In this document: one piece after another, positions 1-13,958 of the stretch
Layout: every line of letters begins with the position of its first letter
Numbering within the stretch: the first letter of the stretch is position 1
DNA from: Candidatus Poriferihabitaceae bacterium
GTDB lineage: Bacteria > Pseudomonadota > Gammaproteobacteria > Arenicellales > Poriferihabitantaceae
DNA: 64,000 nt
NCBI GenBank assembly: GCA_965203265.1
Contig: CBDBBV010000002.1
Span: 129,617 to 193,616, forward strand
Direction of reading: 5' to 3'
Made by a program: the position numbers and the translations under genes
Notes under the pieces: model-generated
Databases searched by the model: none
Seen by the model: only the letters and a program-made list of their open reading frames with translations
Told to the model about the DNA's origin: nothing

Positions 1-561
1 AGTCCGGTCGGCAAGAAGATCGATGAAAAGTGTAAGTTCGATCGCCCTCCCGGCGCCAAGCCGGGAGGCCGCCGCCCGCGCACCACGGTGTACGGCGTGC
101 AGTTGCGCGAAAAGCAGAAACTGCGCCGCATGTATGGCGTGCTGGAAAAGCAGTTCGCCAATTACTATCGGGAGGCCGCGAGAATTTCCGGCTCCACCGG
201 CCTCAACCTGTTGCAGCTGCTGGAAGCCCGTCTCGACAATGTGGTCTACCGCATGAGTTTCGGCATAACGCGCGCCGAATCGCGCCAGCTGGTGAGCCAT
301 AAATCGGTGATGGTCAACGGGCGCAAGGTCAATGTGCCCTCCTATCAGGTCAAGGTGGGAGACGAAATCGAGATCGTTGATAAGAGCAAGCGGCAGTTGC
401 GCATCAAGGCGGCGCTGGAAGTCGGCGAACAGGTCGGTTTCGTACCCTGGGTGGATGTGGACATCAAGGCGGTCAAGGGGCAGTTCAGGTCTCTGCCCGA
501 GCGCGACGATCTTTCGTCGGATATTCAGGAAGCGCTGGTGGTCGCGCTTTATTCAAAGTAG
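1..561 (+). CDS. rpsD: 30S ribosomal protein S4, 5'-truncated by window edge
   Basis: Frame 1 is open from nt 1 ([52 protein letters not shown]...), a typical S4 sequence with the S4 RNA-binding domain. Stop TAG at 559-561. Followed by rpoA and rplQ as in the alpha operon. Confidence 0.95.
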   Translation, partial: SPVGKKIDEKCKFDRPPGAKPGGRRPRTTVYGVQLREKQKLRRMYGVLEKQFANYYREAARISGSTGLNLLQLLEARLDNVVYRMSFGITRAESRQLVSHKSVMVNGRKVNVPSYQVKVGDEIEIVDKSKRQLRIKAALEVGEQVGFVPWVDVDIKAVKGQFRSLPERDDLSSDIQEALVVALYSK

Positions 562-637
562 CAAGTAGTCGTGGTCGGCACCGCAGCTGCGGCCGCCGCC
601 ACGGATTTTTTCAATTTCGTATCATCTTGGAGTATCG

Positions 638-1699
638 ATGCAAGATCCTACTGTCGAATTCCTCAGGCCGCGCCTGGTGGAAGCAAAGAAAATCGATGCA
701 ACGCATTCCCGCATAACGATCGAGCCCCTCGAGCGGGGGTTCGGCTACACGTTGGGCAACGCACTTCGCCGGATCCTGCTTTCCTCCATGCCCGGCTGCG
801 CGGTCACCGATGTACGCATCGAGGGCGTCCTGCACGAGTATTCCGCCCTCGAGGGCGTGCAGGAGGATGTGATCGACATCCTGCTGAATCTCAAAAGTCT
901 GGCGCTGAAGATGCACACGCGCAATGAGGCGGTACTGACCCTGAAGAAGAAGGGGGCGGGCGTGGTTCGCGCGGCCGACATCGAGTTGATCGACGATGTG
1001 GAAGTGGTCGATCCCGACCACCACATCGCGACCTTGTCCGAGGATGCCGAACTCGACATGGAGATCACCGTGCGCCGCAGCCGCGGCTACGAGACCGCGG
1101 AAAGCCGGCTGCGGGATACCGATGAATCCCGCGCGGTCGGGGTAATTCATCTGGATGCGTCGTTCAGCCCGATCATCCGCATTTCCTACTCGGTGGAAGA
1201 CGCCCGAGTCGAGCAGCGTACCGATTTGGATCGGCTGGTGTTCGAGATCGAATCCAACGGCTCCATCGATCCGGAAACCGCCATCCGGCGAGCCGCGACC
1301 ATTCTGCACGACCAAATTGCGGTGTTTGTCAATCTGGAGGAATCCATGGTGCAGAGCCAGTCGCGCGAAGAGCCGGAAATCAATCCGGTGTTGTTGCGCC
1401 CAGTGGATGATCTGGAACTGACGGTGCGCTCGGCAAACTGCCTCAAGGCGGAGAGCATCTACTACATCGGCGATCTGGTGCAGCATACGGAAAACGAATT
1501 GCTGAAAACCCCCAATTTGGGCAAGAAGTCCTTGACTGAAATCAAGGATGTGCTCGCTCAGCAAAATCTGGCTCTGGGAGTCAAAATCGAAAACTGGCCG
1601 CCGCTGTCGCTGATCCAGCACGATGACGACAACGGCTTCGGCGGTATGGGCGGCTTGGGCGGTATGGGCGGCACCGGCGGCATAGGGATGGGTCGATAA
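638..1699 (+). CDS. rpoA: DNA-directed RNA polymerase subunit alpha, with an atypical Gly/Met-rich C-terminal extension
   Basis: 353-aa ORF. N-terminal LRPRLVE..., [17 protein letters not shown] and alpha-CTD motif [22 protein letters not shown] are textbook RpoA. Sits between rpsD and rplQ. Confidence 0.97.
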   Translation: MQDPTVEFLRPRLVEAKKIDATHSRITIEPLERGFGYTLGNALRRILLSSMPGCAVTDVRIEGVLHEYSALEGVQEDVIDILLNLKSLALKMHTRNEAVLTLKKKGAGVVRAADIELIDDVEVVDPDHHIATLSEDAELDMEITVRRSRGYETAESRLRDTDESRAVGVIHLDASFSPIIRISYSVEDARVEQRTDLDRLVFEIESNGSIDPETAIRRAATILHDQIAVFVNLEESMVQSQSREEPEINPVLLRPVDDLELTVRSANCLKAESIYYIGDLVQHTENELLKTPNLGKKSLTEIKDVLAQQNLALGVKIENWPPLSLIQHDDDNGFGGMGGLGGMGGTGGIGMGR

Positions 1700-1700
1700 C

Positions 1701-2105
1701 ATGCGTCACCGAAAAGCCGGGCGGCGCCTGAATCGCACCGCCTCCCATCGAAAGGCCATGTTCGCCAACATGGCGGCATCGCTGTTTCGCCATGAGCAGA
1801 TCAAGACCACGTTGCCCAAGGCGAAGGAGTTGCGGCGGGTGGCCGAGCCGCTGATCACACTGGCAAAAACCGCCAGCGTCGCCAATCGCCGCATCGCTTT
1901 CGCGCGCTTGGGCGAGCGGGAAATCGTCGGCAAGCTGTTCGATGATCTCGGCCCGCACTTCGCCGACCGCCCGGGCGGTTATCTGCGAATTCTCAAGTGC
2001 GGCTATCGAGCCGGCGATAATGCACCGATGGCATTTGTTCAGCTGGTCGATCGCGAAATCGGCGTCGACCCGGAAGAAATCGCGGAAGAGACCGCGGAAG
2101 AATAG
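1701..2105 (+). CDS. rplQ: 50S ribosomal protein L17
   Basis: [46 protein letters not shown] is the L17 signature N-terminus. Starts 2 nt after the rpoA stop. Confidence 0.95.
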   Translation: MRHRKAGRRLNRTASHRKAMFANMAASLFRHEQIKTTLPKAKELRRVAEPLITLAKTASVANRRIAFARLGEREIVGKLFDDLGPHFADRPGGYLRILKCGYRAGDNAPMAFVQLVDREIGVDPEEIAEETAEE

Positions 2106-2280
2106 TGTCATTCGGGCACGCCCGAATCTTTCTCTTTCCCGTTTCGCCGGCAAAGCGGCAGCTTCATCCACTCCCATCCTTCGGGTTGCTTTTTCCCGGC
2201 TCGGATCACCCCACTCCCGCAACGCGCAGCGCCAATCGCCGCCCGTGATACACTCGAATCGGCCATTGCAAATTGTCGAT

Positions 2281-3480
2281 ATGGAAACACATCAAGCAAA
2301 GTGGCGCACTGCGGAAGTCTTGTTGATGTTGATGGCGGCGGCGGTGCCGTTGTCGTTCGCCACCTGGTCCTCGCTGATCAACAACTTCGCCGTGGAAGAG
2401 GGCGGATTCAACGGTGCCCAATACGGGATGCTGCAGAGCATCCGTGAAATTCCCGGATTTCTGGCGTTTGCCGTCATATTCGTCCTCATCCTGATGCGCG
2501 AACAGACGCTCGCGGTGTTGGCGCTGCTGTTGCTTGGAGTCGGCACCGCCATGACCGGATTTTTCCCCGGGGTGGTCGGCTTGTATTGCGTTACCGCGTT
2601 GATGTCGGTGGGCTTTCACTACTACGAGACCATACAGACTTCCCTCTCGCTGCAGTGGATCGACAAGGCGCGCACCCCATTTGTGCTGGGGAAATTGATC
2701 GCCGTCGGTTCGTTCACCTCGCTGTTCGCCTTCGGCCTGATTTATCTGGGATTGACGATTTTCGGGTTGGGCTATGCGGCGGTTTACGCAATCGGCGGCG
2801 CGCTGACCTGCCTGATCGCGGTGTTCGTTTGGCTGGCGTATCCGCATTTTCCTTCCAAGCAGGCGCAGCACAAGAAGCTCGTCCTGCGAAAACGCTACTG
2901 GTTGTATTATGCGCTGATCTTTCTCTCCGGCGCCCGTCGGCAGATTTTCGTGGTATTCGCCGGATTCCTCATGGTTGAGAAATTCGGCTACAGCGCAGCC
3001 GCGCTCACCCTGTTGTTCCTGATCAACTGCGCCATCAACATCTGGCTCGCGCCGCTCATCGGAAAACTGGTTGGCCGCTGGGGGGAGCGCAATGCCCTTG
3101 TGCTCGAATATGCCGGTCTGATCGTGATTTTCACCGCCTACGCATTTGTGCAACACGCTGGCCTCGCGGCGTTTCTGTACATCGCCGACCACCTGTTTTT
3201 TGCGCTCGCCATCGCCATCCGCAGCTATTTCCAGAAGATCGCCGACCCAGCCGACATCGCCGCCACTGCCGGCGTGTCGTTCACCATCAACCACATTGCC
3301 GCGGTAGTCCTGCCGGCTCTGTTGGGGGTGGTGTGGCTGTCATCCCCGGCGGCGGTATTTCTGTGCGGCGCGGCCATCGCGGCGGCATCCCTGATCTTGT
3401 CGTGGTGGGTGCCGGATCGCCCGGCAGTCGGCGCCGAGGTGCGGCTGCAGCGGCAGTTTCCGGCGGTTGATTGCCCTTGA
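2281..3480 (+). CDS. MFS-type membrane transporter (substrate unknown)
   Basis: Start chosen at the internal ATG (METHQAKW...) of ORF 1942..3480 because the upstream part overlaps rplQ. Long run of hydrophobic helices, about 12 TM by eye. No specific family recognised. Confidence 0.65.
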   Translation: METHQAKWRTAEVLLMLMAAAVPLSFATWSSLINNFAVEEGGFNGAQYGMLQSIREIPGFLAFAVIFVLILMREQTLAVLALLLLGVGTAMTGFFPGVVGLYCVTALMSVGFHYYETIQTSLSLQWIDKARTPFVLGKLIAVGSFTSLFAFGLIYLGLTIFGLGYAAVYAIGGALTCLIAVFVWLAYPHFPSKQAQHKKLVLRKRYWLYYALIFLSGARRQIFVVFAGFLMVEKFGYSAAALTLLFLINCAINIWLAPLIGKLVGRWGERNALVLEYAGLIVIFTAYAFVQHAGLAAFLYIADHLFFALAIAIRSYFQKIADPADIAATAGVSFTINHIAAVVLPALLGVVWLSSPAAVFLCGAAIAAASLILSWWVPDRPAVGAEVRLQRQFPAVDCP

Positions 3481-3490
3481 ACGCATCGCC

Positions 3491-4162
3491 ATGGCGCGCG
3501 CCAAAAATCGTGGGAAAACCGGCCAATGGGCGGCGCGGCAAAACCGCGACCCATTTGTGCGCGCAGCCCGCCACAGCGGTTTCCGCGCCAGATCGGTTTT
3601 CAAACTCGAGCAAATCGATCGGAAATATCGCCTCATTGCCCCGAACTCGCTGATCGTCGATCTCGGTTCCGCCCCCGGCAGCTGGTCGCAGTACGCGGCA
3701 ACTCGGGTGCGCGCGGACAACCGGATTATCGCGGTGGACTTGCTGGCGATGGAGTCCATCGCCAAGGTGCACTTCATTCAGGGGGATTTCACCGAGGGCG
3801 CGGTGGTCGAGAAAATCGTCGCGGCGCTGGACGGCCGACCGGTTGACCTTGTTTTATCCGACATGGCCCCCAATATCAGCGGGGTATACAGCACCGATCA
3901 GGCGCGCGCGGAGCGGTTGCAGCGGGCAGTGTTGGAATTCTGCCGGCATAGCTTGCGGCCAGGGGGCGCGTTGTTGACCAAACTGTTTGCCGGCGAGGCG
4001 GAAGCGACGACCCGCGCACTTCTCACCAGATTGTTCGAACAGGCGCGCAACGTGAAGCCGGAGGCGTCCCGCCCGCAGTCGAAGGAAGTCTATCTGCTGG
4101 CTCGAGGCTATGGGTCGGCGGCGCGCGGCAGCCGGATGGCTTATACTGGGGCACTGGCGTGA
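3491..4162 (+). CDS. rlmE: 23S rRNA (uridine2552-2'-O)-methyltransferase RlmE/FtsJ
   Basis: MARAKNRGKTGQWAARQNRDPFV..RARSVFKLEQID..VDLGSAPGSWSQY..LSDMAPN matches FtsJ/RlmE. Lies directly upstream of ftsH as in many proteobacteria. Confidence 0.9.
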   Translation: MARAKNRGKTGQWAARQNRDPFVRAARHSGFRARSVFKLEQIDRKYRLIAPNSLIVDLGSAPGSWSQYAATRVRADNRIIAVDLLAMESIAKVHFIQGDFTEGAVVEKIVAALDGRPVDLVLSDMAPNISGVYSTDQARAERLQRAVLEFCRHSLRPGGALLTKLFAGEAEATTRALLTRLFEQARNVKPEASRPQSKEVYLLARGYGSAARGSRMAYTGALA

Positions 4163-4204
4163 GCCGTGCGAACCGATTGCATCGAGAGAATTGAATTGTC
4201 CACT

Positions 4205-6115
<1,911 letters not shown>

Positions 6116-6127
6116 CACCGCATACAG

Positions 6128-7480
6128 ATGTCAAACTCGTTGTTTGGCACCGATGGCGTCCGCGGGCGCGTAGGCGAGGAGCCGGTTACCCCGCAGACGG
6201 TGATGAAACTCGGCTGGGCCGCCGGGCGCGAATTCGCCAGCGCCGACGGCGGCGACAAAGTGCTGATCGGCAAGGACACCCGGGTGTCCGGATACCTGCT
6301 CGAATCCGCTCTGGAAGCCGGTTTTTCCGCAGCCGGAGTCAATGTGTGTTTTCTCGGCCCCCTGCCAACCCCCGGCATTGCCTATCTCACGCGCACCACG
6401 CGCGCCTGCGCCGGAGTTGCCATCAGCGCGTCCCACAACCCCTACTACGACAACGGCCTCAAGTTTTTCTCCGCCGGTGGCGCCAAACTGTCGGATGAAC
6501 TGGCCGCCAGAATCGATGCCAGAATGGCCGAGCCGATGGAATGCGTGAAGTCGAGCAAACTGGGCAAGGCCGAGCGGCTCAACGACGCGCAGGGCCGGTA
6601 CATCGAATTCTGCAAGGGCACTCAGCCATCCGCGCGCACCCTCGCCGGGCTGAAAATCGTCGTCGATTGCGCCAACGGCGCGGGATATGAAGTGGCCCCT
6701 TGCGTGTTTGCGGAAATGGGCGCCGAGGTGATCGCCATCGGCAATCAGCCGGACGGCTTCAACATCAATCGGCAATGCGGCTCGACTCATCTGGACGGGT
6801 TGATGGCCGCGGTCGTGCAAAACAACGCCGATGTCGGCGTAGCACTGGACGGCGATGCGGATCGGGTTTTGCTGGTGGACGCCTTCGGCACGCGCGTGGA
6901 TGGCGATCAAATTCTCTACCTGCTGGCAAAACGGCGGCAACGGCAACAGATCCTCGGCGGCGGCGTGGTCGGCACGGTGATGACCAATCTGGGGCTGGAA
7001 CTGGCGCTTAAGGAGATGGGCATACCCTTTGCGCGCGCTCAGGTGGGCGACCGCCATGTTCACGAGGCATTGAGCAAAAACAACTGGCTGCTGGGGGGAG
7101 AGCCCTGCGGACACATAATCTGCTTGGACAAGAGCACCACCGGCGACGGCATCATCGCCGCCCTTGATGTGGTGGAGACCATGCTGGATTGCCAGTGCAC
7201 CCTGCGCCAACTGGTCGAGGGTCTGGATATCTATCCCCAACGGATCATCAATGTTGCGGTGGGTTGCGCCAACGGCGGTGAGCTGATTCGCCGCAAGCGG
7301 GTGAGCGACGCGCTTACACAGGCGCAATCCGAACTGGGCGCGACCGGGCGGGTGGTGCTCAGGCCCTCGGGCACCGAGCCGGTAGTGCGGGTAATGATCG
7401 AAGGGGAAGATCGCAGCCGGGTGGAACGAATGGCCAGAGAAGTGGCCGATACGGTTGAATTCGCGGCGATGTCGTCCTGA
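6128..7480 (+). CDS. glmM: phosphoglucosamine mutase
   Basis: LFGTDGVRG N-terminus and active-site serine loop SASHNPYYDNG. Length 450 aa. Confidence 0.95.
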   Translation: MSNSLFGTDGVRGRVGEEPVTPQTVMKLGWAAGREFASADGGDKVLIGKDTRVSGYLLESALEAGFSAAGVNVCFLGPLPTPGIAYLTRTTRACAGVAISASHNPYYDNGLKFFSAGGAKLSDELAARIDARMAEPMECVKSSKLGKAERLNDAQGRYIEFCKGTQPSARTLAGLKIVVDCANGAGYEVAPCVFAEMGAEVIAIGNQPDGFNINRQCGSTHLDGLMAAVVQNNADVGVALDGDADRVLLVDAFGTRVDGDQILYLLAKRRQRQQILGGGVVGTVMTNLGLELALKEMGIPFARAQVGDRHVHEALSKNNWLLGGEPCGHIICLDKSTTGDGIIAALDVVETMLDCQCTLRQLVEGLDIYPQRIINVAVGCANGGELIRRKRVSDALTQAQSELGATGRVVLRPSGTEPVVRVMIEGEDRSRVERMAREVADTVEFAAMSS

Positions 7481-7522
7481 CCTCGGCGGGGGTGGAGTGG
7501 CTGACGGGGCTGACCGTCGCGG

Positions 7523-8038
7523 CTATCGCTTCGGCGGTGCGCCATCCGGGCGCGCGGATTGCATCAACGGTTTTGTGCCGACTTTCCCCAGCGTCTTGGC
7601 GCCGGTCAGTTTTGCGCTGGTGCGCGGATCCGACGGCGCGGCCGGTTTTTCTTCCATATCCACGGAACCCTTGAACTGGCAGCCGTCGTGCAATATGACT
7701 CTGGGCGCGCGAATATCGCCGATCACCCGGCCGGATGGCTTGACCGTAACCTGCGCGCTGCCGCGCAATTCCCCCTTGATCTCGCCCTCGATGTAAATGT
7801 TCTTGGCCACCACGTTGGCGTTTACTCGGCCTTTTTCGCCGATCACCACATTGTTTTCGCGAAAGTCGATGGTGCCCTCCACATAGCCATCGATGAGCAA
7901 GTTCTCCTTGCCGCTGATGTCGCCGGTAATTTTGAGGGTGGCGCCGATATAGGCTTTGGTTTCCGGATTGTCTTCCTCGGCGTCGGTGGGATGGTTCGGT
8001 TGATTCATTGGCAGGCCGCTCGGTTCACTGTGGTTCAT
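7523..8038 (-). CDS. bactofilin-family polymer-forming cytoskeletal protein
   Basis: Beta-helical bactofilin repeat pattern (IGATLKITGDISGKENLLIDGYVEGTI...VVIGEKGRVNANVVAKNIYIEGEIKGEL...VILHDGCQFKGSV). Start uncertain: ATGs at 8083, 8038 or further in. Confidence 0.75.
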   Translation of the reverse strand: MNHSEPSGLPMNQPNHPTDAEEDNPETKAYIGATLKITGDISGKENLLIDGYVEGTIDFRENNVVIGEKGRVNANVVAKNIYIEGEIKGELRGSAQVTVKPSGRVIGDIRAPRVILHDGCQFKGSVDMEEKPAAPSDPRTSAKLTGAKTLGKVGTKPLMQSARPDGAPPKR

Positions 8039-8087
8039 CTGTAAAAATGGCTGGCGCCCAGAGTCGGGCATGTTGCCACACATCAGG

Positions 8088-8174
8088 TGGTACCGAGGGT
8101 CGGACTCGAACCGACACTGGGTTGCCCCAACCAGATTTTGAGTCTGGCGCGTCTACCAATTTCGCCACCCCGGC
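8088..8174 (-). tRNA. tRNA-Leu (anticodon CAA)
   Basis: Reverse complement reads GCCGGGGTGGCGAAATTGGTAGACGCGCCAGACTCAAAATCTGG + long variable arm + GGTTCGAGTCCGACCCTCGGTACCA. Cloverleaf with class-II variable arm and encoded CCA. Confidence 0.92.
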
Positions 8175-8303
8175 AACTGTCGCAAAGATAAACGCTTTTC
8201 CGGCGGGATGCAACCCGAGCGGCGCGCGCCTCCTGCGAAAACCCGCAAACCCACGGCGAAATTACATAGAATTGGCGCCGTGCCCACCCAAGCCGCCTCC
8301 GCC

Positions 8304-10426
<2,123 letters not shown>

Positions 10427-10570
10427 GCGGCGCGCCGGGTTGCCGCGGTCGCGCCCTTTCGCTATTGCAACGATGATTCGGCTATAATCCCGCGCGTTTT
10501 CACCCGCCGATCGATCGCGTTCGACCAGCGGGTTTCACCATCCACTCACCCACTTGGAGCAGTCACCGCC

Positions 10571-11833
10571 ATGCCCAACTACGATTCATTGAAACAACTG
10601 GATCCCGATATTCACGCCGCCGTGGTCGGGGAAATGCAGCGTCAGGTCGAGGGCGTGGAACTGATCCCGTCGGAGAACTACATCTCGGCTGCGGTCATGG
10701 AGACCATGGCGTCGGTATTCAACAACAAGTACTCCGAGGGCTATCCCGGCAGACGCTATTACGGCGGCCAGACCTATACGGACATCGTCGAATCCCTCGC
10801 CATCGAGCGCGCCAAACAGTTGTTCGACGCCGGCCACGCCAATGTACAGCCTCATGCGGGCGCACCGGCCAATGTGGCAACCTATTTCGCCCTGCTGGAA
10901 CCGGGCGACACCGTGTTGAGTATGGATTTGAGTCATGGCGGCCATCTCACCCACGGCCATCCGGTTACCTATCTCCCGCGGATATACAAATTCGTCCGCT
11001 ACAAGATGAAGGATGTGCAAACCGGCGAAATCGACTACGACGAAATGCGCCAAGTCGCCCTGCGGGAAAAACCGAAGATAGTGCTGGCCGGTTTTTCCGC
11101 GTATCCCCGGGAACTCGACTACGCCAAAATGAAGGCCATCGCCGAGGAGGTGGGCGCCTACGCGGTTGCCGACATGGCGCACATCGCCGGCCTGATTGCC
11201 GGTCGCGCCGTGCGCAATCCGTTCGATGACGGCTTCGATGTGATTCTGAGCACGACCCACAAATCCCTGCGCGGCCCGCGCGGCGGCTTGATTCTGAGCC
11301 GCGAGGCGGAACTGGGCAAGCGCATCGACAAGTCGGTTTTTCCGGGCTTTCAGGGCGGGCCGATCATGCAGATGGTGGCGGCCAAGGCGGTTGCGTTCAA
11401 GGAGGCGCTGAAGCCCGAATTTCGGGAATATGCCCGGCAGATCATGGCCAACGCCAAACGTATGGCGGAGCGATTCATGGCGAACGGCGCCAGCCTCATC
11501 ACCAACGGCACCGACAACCACCTGCTGCTGCTTGATTGCGTCCAGTCCTGGGGCATCAGCGGGCAGCAAGCGGAGGAACTGTTCGACCGCATCGGCATCA
11601 CCTTGAACAAAAACGTGATCCCCGACGACCCGCGCAAACCGCTGGACCCCTCCGGCATCCGGCTGGGAACACCGGCGGTTACGACTCGGGGGATGAAGGA
11701 GGCGGAAATGGATCAACTGGTCGATTTCATGCTCTCGGCAGTGGCGAAACGCGATGACGAGGCCGCCCTCGACAGTTTGCATGAGGAGGTGAAGGCGTTT
11801 TGTGGGAGGTATCCGGTGCCGGGGATTAGCTGA
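10571..11833 (+). CDS. glyA: serine hydroxymethyltransferase
   Basis: ELIPSENY, YYGG, and PLP-lysine region STTHKSLRGPRGG. Length 420 aa. Confidence 0.96.
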   Translation: MPNYDSLKQLDPDIHAAVVGEMQRQVEGVELIPSENYISAAVMETMASVFNNKYSEGYPGRRYYGGQTYTDIVESLAIERAKQLFDAGHANVQPHAGAPANVATYFALLEPGDTVLSMDLSHGGHLTHGHPVTYLPRIYKFVRYKMKDVQTGEIDYDEMRQVALREKPKIVLAGFSAYPRELDYAKMKAIAEEVGAYAVADMAHIAGLIAGRAVRNPFDDGFDVILSTTHKSLRGPRGGLILSREAELGKRIDKSVFPGFQGGPIMQMVAAKAVAFKEALKPEFREYARQIMANAKRMAERFMANGASLITNGTDNHLLLLDCVQSWGISGQQAEELFDRIGITLNKNVIPDDPRKPLDPSGIRLGTPAVTTRGMKEAEMDQLVDFMLSAVAKRDDEAALDSLHEEVKAFCGRYPVPGIS

Positions 11834-11865
11834 GGAGGTGTGCCTGCGCAAATCGGGGCAAGATC

Positions 11866-12468
11866 ATGCGGCCACTCAAGGCGTATTGCTATAAGAGTCT
11901 CATCGGGGAACTCTATATGGTGGCCGATGGTGATCGGCTGTGTTATCTCGACTTTGCCGAGAACGTTAAGGTGGTCGGACAAAATAAAAAGAGTCGCTGG
12001 GATGAACTGATGCCCCCCTGTTATGGTGCTTTTCCCCCTCTCGCCAAGTCCAACCTGCTCGGTTTGCGGGAGCGGCTGGATCGCTATTTTGCCCGCGAGT
12101 GGGACGCCTTTGACGGACTTGATCGATGCATCGACGGCACCGCTTTCCGTCGCGCGGTGTGGGGTCACCTCCTGTCCATTCCCAGAGGCACGGTGAAGCC
12201 CTATAGCAAAGTGGCTGACGAAATCGGCAGGCCCGGCGCCAACCAATCGGTCGGCCAAGCCAATGCGAAAAATCCTATCGCCATTATCGTCCCGTGTCAC
12301 CGCGTTATTCCCAAAAACAAACCTCTGAAGAAGTACACGGGCGGCACCGAGCGACAAGCTTGGCTACTCGGCCACGAAGGCGTGGATCTTCGCCTACTTA
12401 AACATACATTTACCGAGAGCGAGCAAGAATCTTGGCAACTTGGCCGCGAGGGCAAGGAACTTCCCTAG
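11866..12468 (+). CDS. ogt: methylated-DNA--protein-cysteine methyltransferase (Ogt/MGMT family)
   Basis: Active-site PCHRVI motif preceded by the helix-turn-helix region (YSKVADEIGRPGANQSVGQANAKNPIAIIVPCHRVI). Gene is visibly less GC-rich than its neighbours. Confidence 0.8.
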   Translation: MRPLKAYCYKSLIGELYMVADGDRLCYLDFAENVKVVGQNKKSRWDELMPPCYGAFPPLAKSNLLGLRERLDRYFAREWDAFDGLDRCIDGTAFRRAVWGHLLSIPRGTVKPYSKVADEIGRPGANQSVGQANAKNPIAIIVPCHRVIPKNKPLKKYTGGTERQAWLLGHEGVDLRLLKHTFTESEQESWQLGREGKELP

Positions 12469-12588
12469 CACGAGAATCCGCAATAGCGGCGGGCATCGCC
12501 GCTCGAAGTCGGGGAAGGAGATTGTGATTTGTCGTTGCAGTTTGGCGGTGTTGCCCGTAGTTTGGGCGCTTGGCGCTAATCCACCAAA

Positions 12589-12675
12589 TGGTACCGAGGA
12601 GAGGACTTGAACCTCCACGGGGTTGCCCCCACTAGCACCTGAAGCTAGCGCGTCTACCAATTCCGCCACCTCGGC
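12589..12675 (-). tRNA. tRNA-Leu (anticodon CAG)
   Basis: Reverse complement reads GCCGAGGTGGCGGAATTGGTAGACGCGCTAGCTTCAGGTGCTAG + variable arm + GGTTCAAGTCCTCTCCTCGGTACCA. Confidence 0.92.
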
Positions 12676-12832
12676 CGAGGAAGGGTGCGAACTCTACCCA
12701 CAGCGCGAATTCATGTCAACCGGCGGGCGCTGCCGCCGGGCGAAAAATCCGCCAAGCAGGGCGGTTTTTCCTGTGTCATTCGCGGGCAAAATTGCTATCC
12801 TGCGCGACCTGAATTCAACCCGGTTGAAATCC

Positions 12833-13931
12833 ATGGAAACCCCCACCGAATTGCTCGAATCCCTACACGCCTCGTCCCGGCGGGTGGATGAATTACGGGG
12901 GTTTCTTTGACTACGCGGACAAGAAGGAACGCCTTGCGGCGATCGATCTGCAGCTGGAAAATCCGGATGTCTGGGCGCAGCCCGCCGAGGCGCAGGCGCT
13001 TGGGCAGGAGCGTGGTCGGCTGCGGCAGGTGGTGGACGAGCTGGATCGGTTGAGCGGGCGGATCGCGGAGAGTATCGAATTGTTCGAGCTGGCGCAAATG
13101 GAGGAGGATGCGGAGGCGCTGGCGGCGGTTGATCGGGACGCCGGAGAAATCGCCGCGACGCTGGACAAAATGGAATTCCGGCGGATGTTCAGCGGCGAGG
13201 CCGACCATCGCAACGCCTTTGTCGATATTCAAGCCGGTTCCGGCGGCACCGAAGCGCAGGATTGGGCTGAAATGCTGTTGCGCATGTATATCCGCTGGGG
13301 AGAAGATCAGGGCTACCACATCGAGCTGGTGGCGAAATCCCCCGGCGATGTGGCCGGTATCAAGAGCGCTACCGTCAAGATGACCGGAGAATTCGCATTC
13401 GGACACCTGCGCACCGAAACCGGAGTTCATCGTCTGGTTCGCAAGAGCCCGTTCGACACGGGGAATCGCCGCCATACTTCGTTCGCCTCGGTGTATGCCT
13501 ATCCGCAGATCGATGACAGTTTCCAAGTGGAAATCAATCCGGCCGACCTGCGCATCGACACCTATCGCGCCAGCGGCGCCGGCGGCCAGCATGTCAACCG
13601 CACCGATTCGGCCGTGCGCATCACCCATTTCCCGTCGGGAATCGTGGTACAGTGCCAGAATGATCGCTCGCAACACCGCAACCGCGCGGAAGCGATGGCC
13701 ATGTTGAAGTCCAGATTGTTCGAGGTCGAAATGCAAAAACGGCGGGCGCAGCGGCAAAGCGAGGAGGCAGGCAAGGCGGATATCGCCTGGGGCAACCAGA
13801 TCCGCTCATATGTACTCGACCAATCCCGAATCAAGGACTTGCGAACCGGCGTCGAGACCGGCAATGCGCAGGCGGTTCTGGACGGTTCCCTCAATCAATT
13901 TATCGAAGCCAGTTTGAAGGCCGGGTTGTAG
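12833..13931 (+). CDS. prfB: peptide chain release factor 2, expressed through a +1 programmed frameshift
   Basis: Frame-0 leader [25 protein letters not shown] stops at TGA 12908-12910. The +1 frame continues from GAC 12909 ([22 protein letters not shown]...) and contains SPF and the GGQ motif ([11 protein letters not shown]). Confidence 0.95.
12896..12911 (+). promoter_or_regulatory. RF2 autoregulatory +1 frameshift site (internal SD-like GGGGG, then CUU UGA C)
   Basis: Sequence CGG GGG UUU CUU UGA C. Slippery CUU, in-frame UGA followed by C, and a G-rich SD-like element upstream, as in the E. coli prfB paradigm. Confidence 0.9.
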
Positions 13932-13958
13932 CCCGGGTCGCCGGGGGTTCAGCATTCA

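Noticed and set aside
1942-3480. 512-aa version of the MFS transporter ORF, and similar long N-terminal extensions (8208, 8906, 15385, 44753, 44926, 52716, 54213).
   Set aside because: The extensions overlap the preceding genes or tRNAs in other frames. Internal ATGs give proteins that start where family homology starts.
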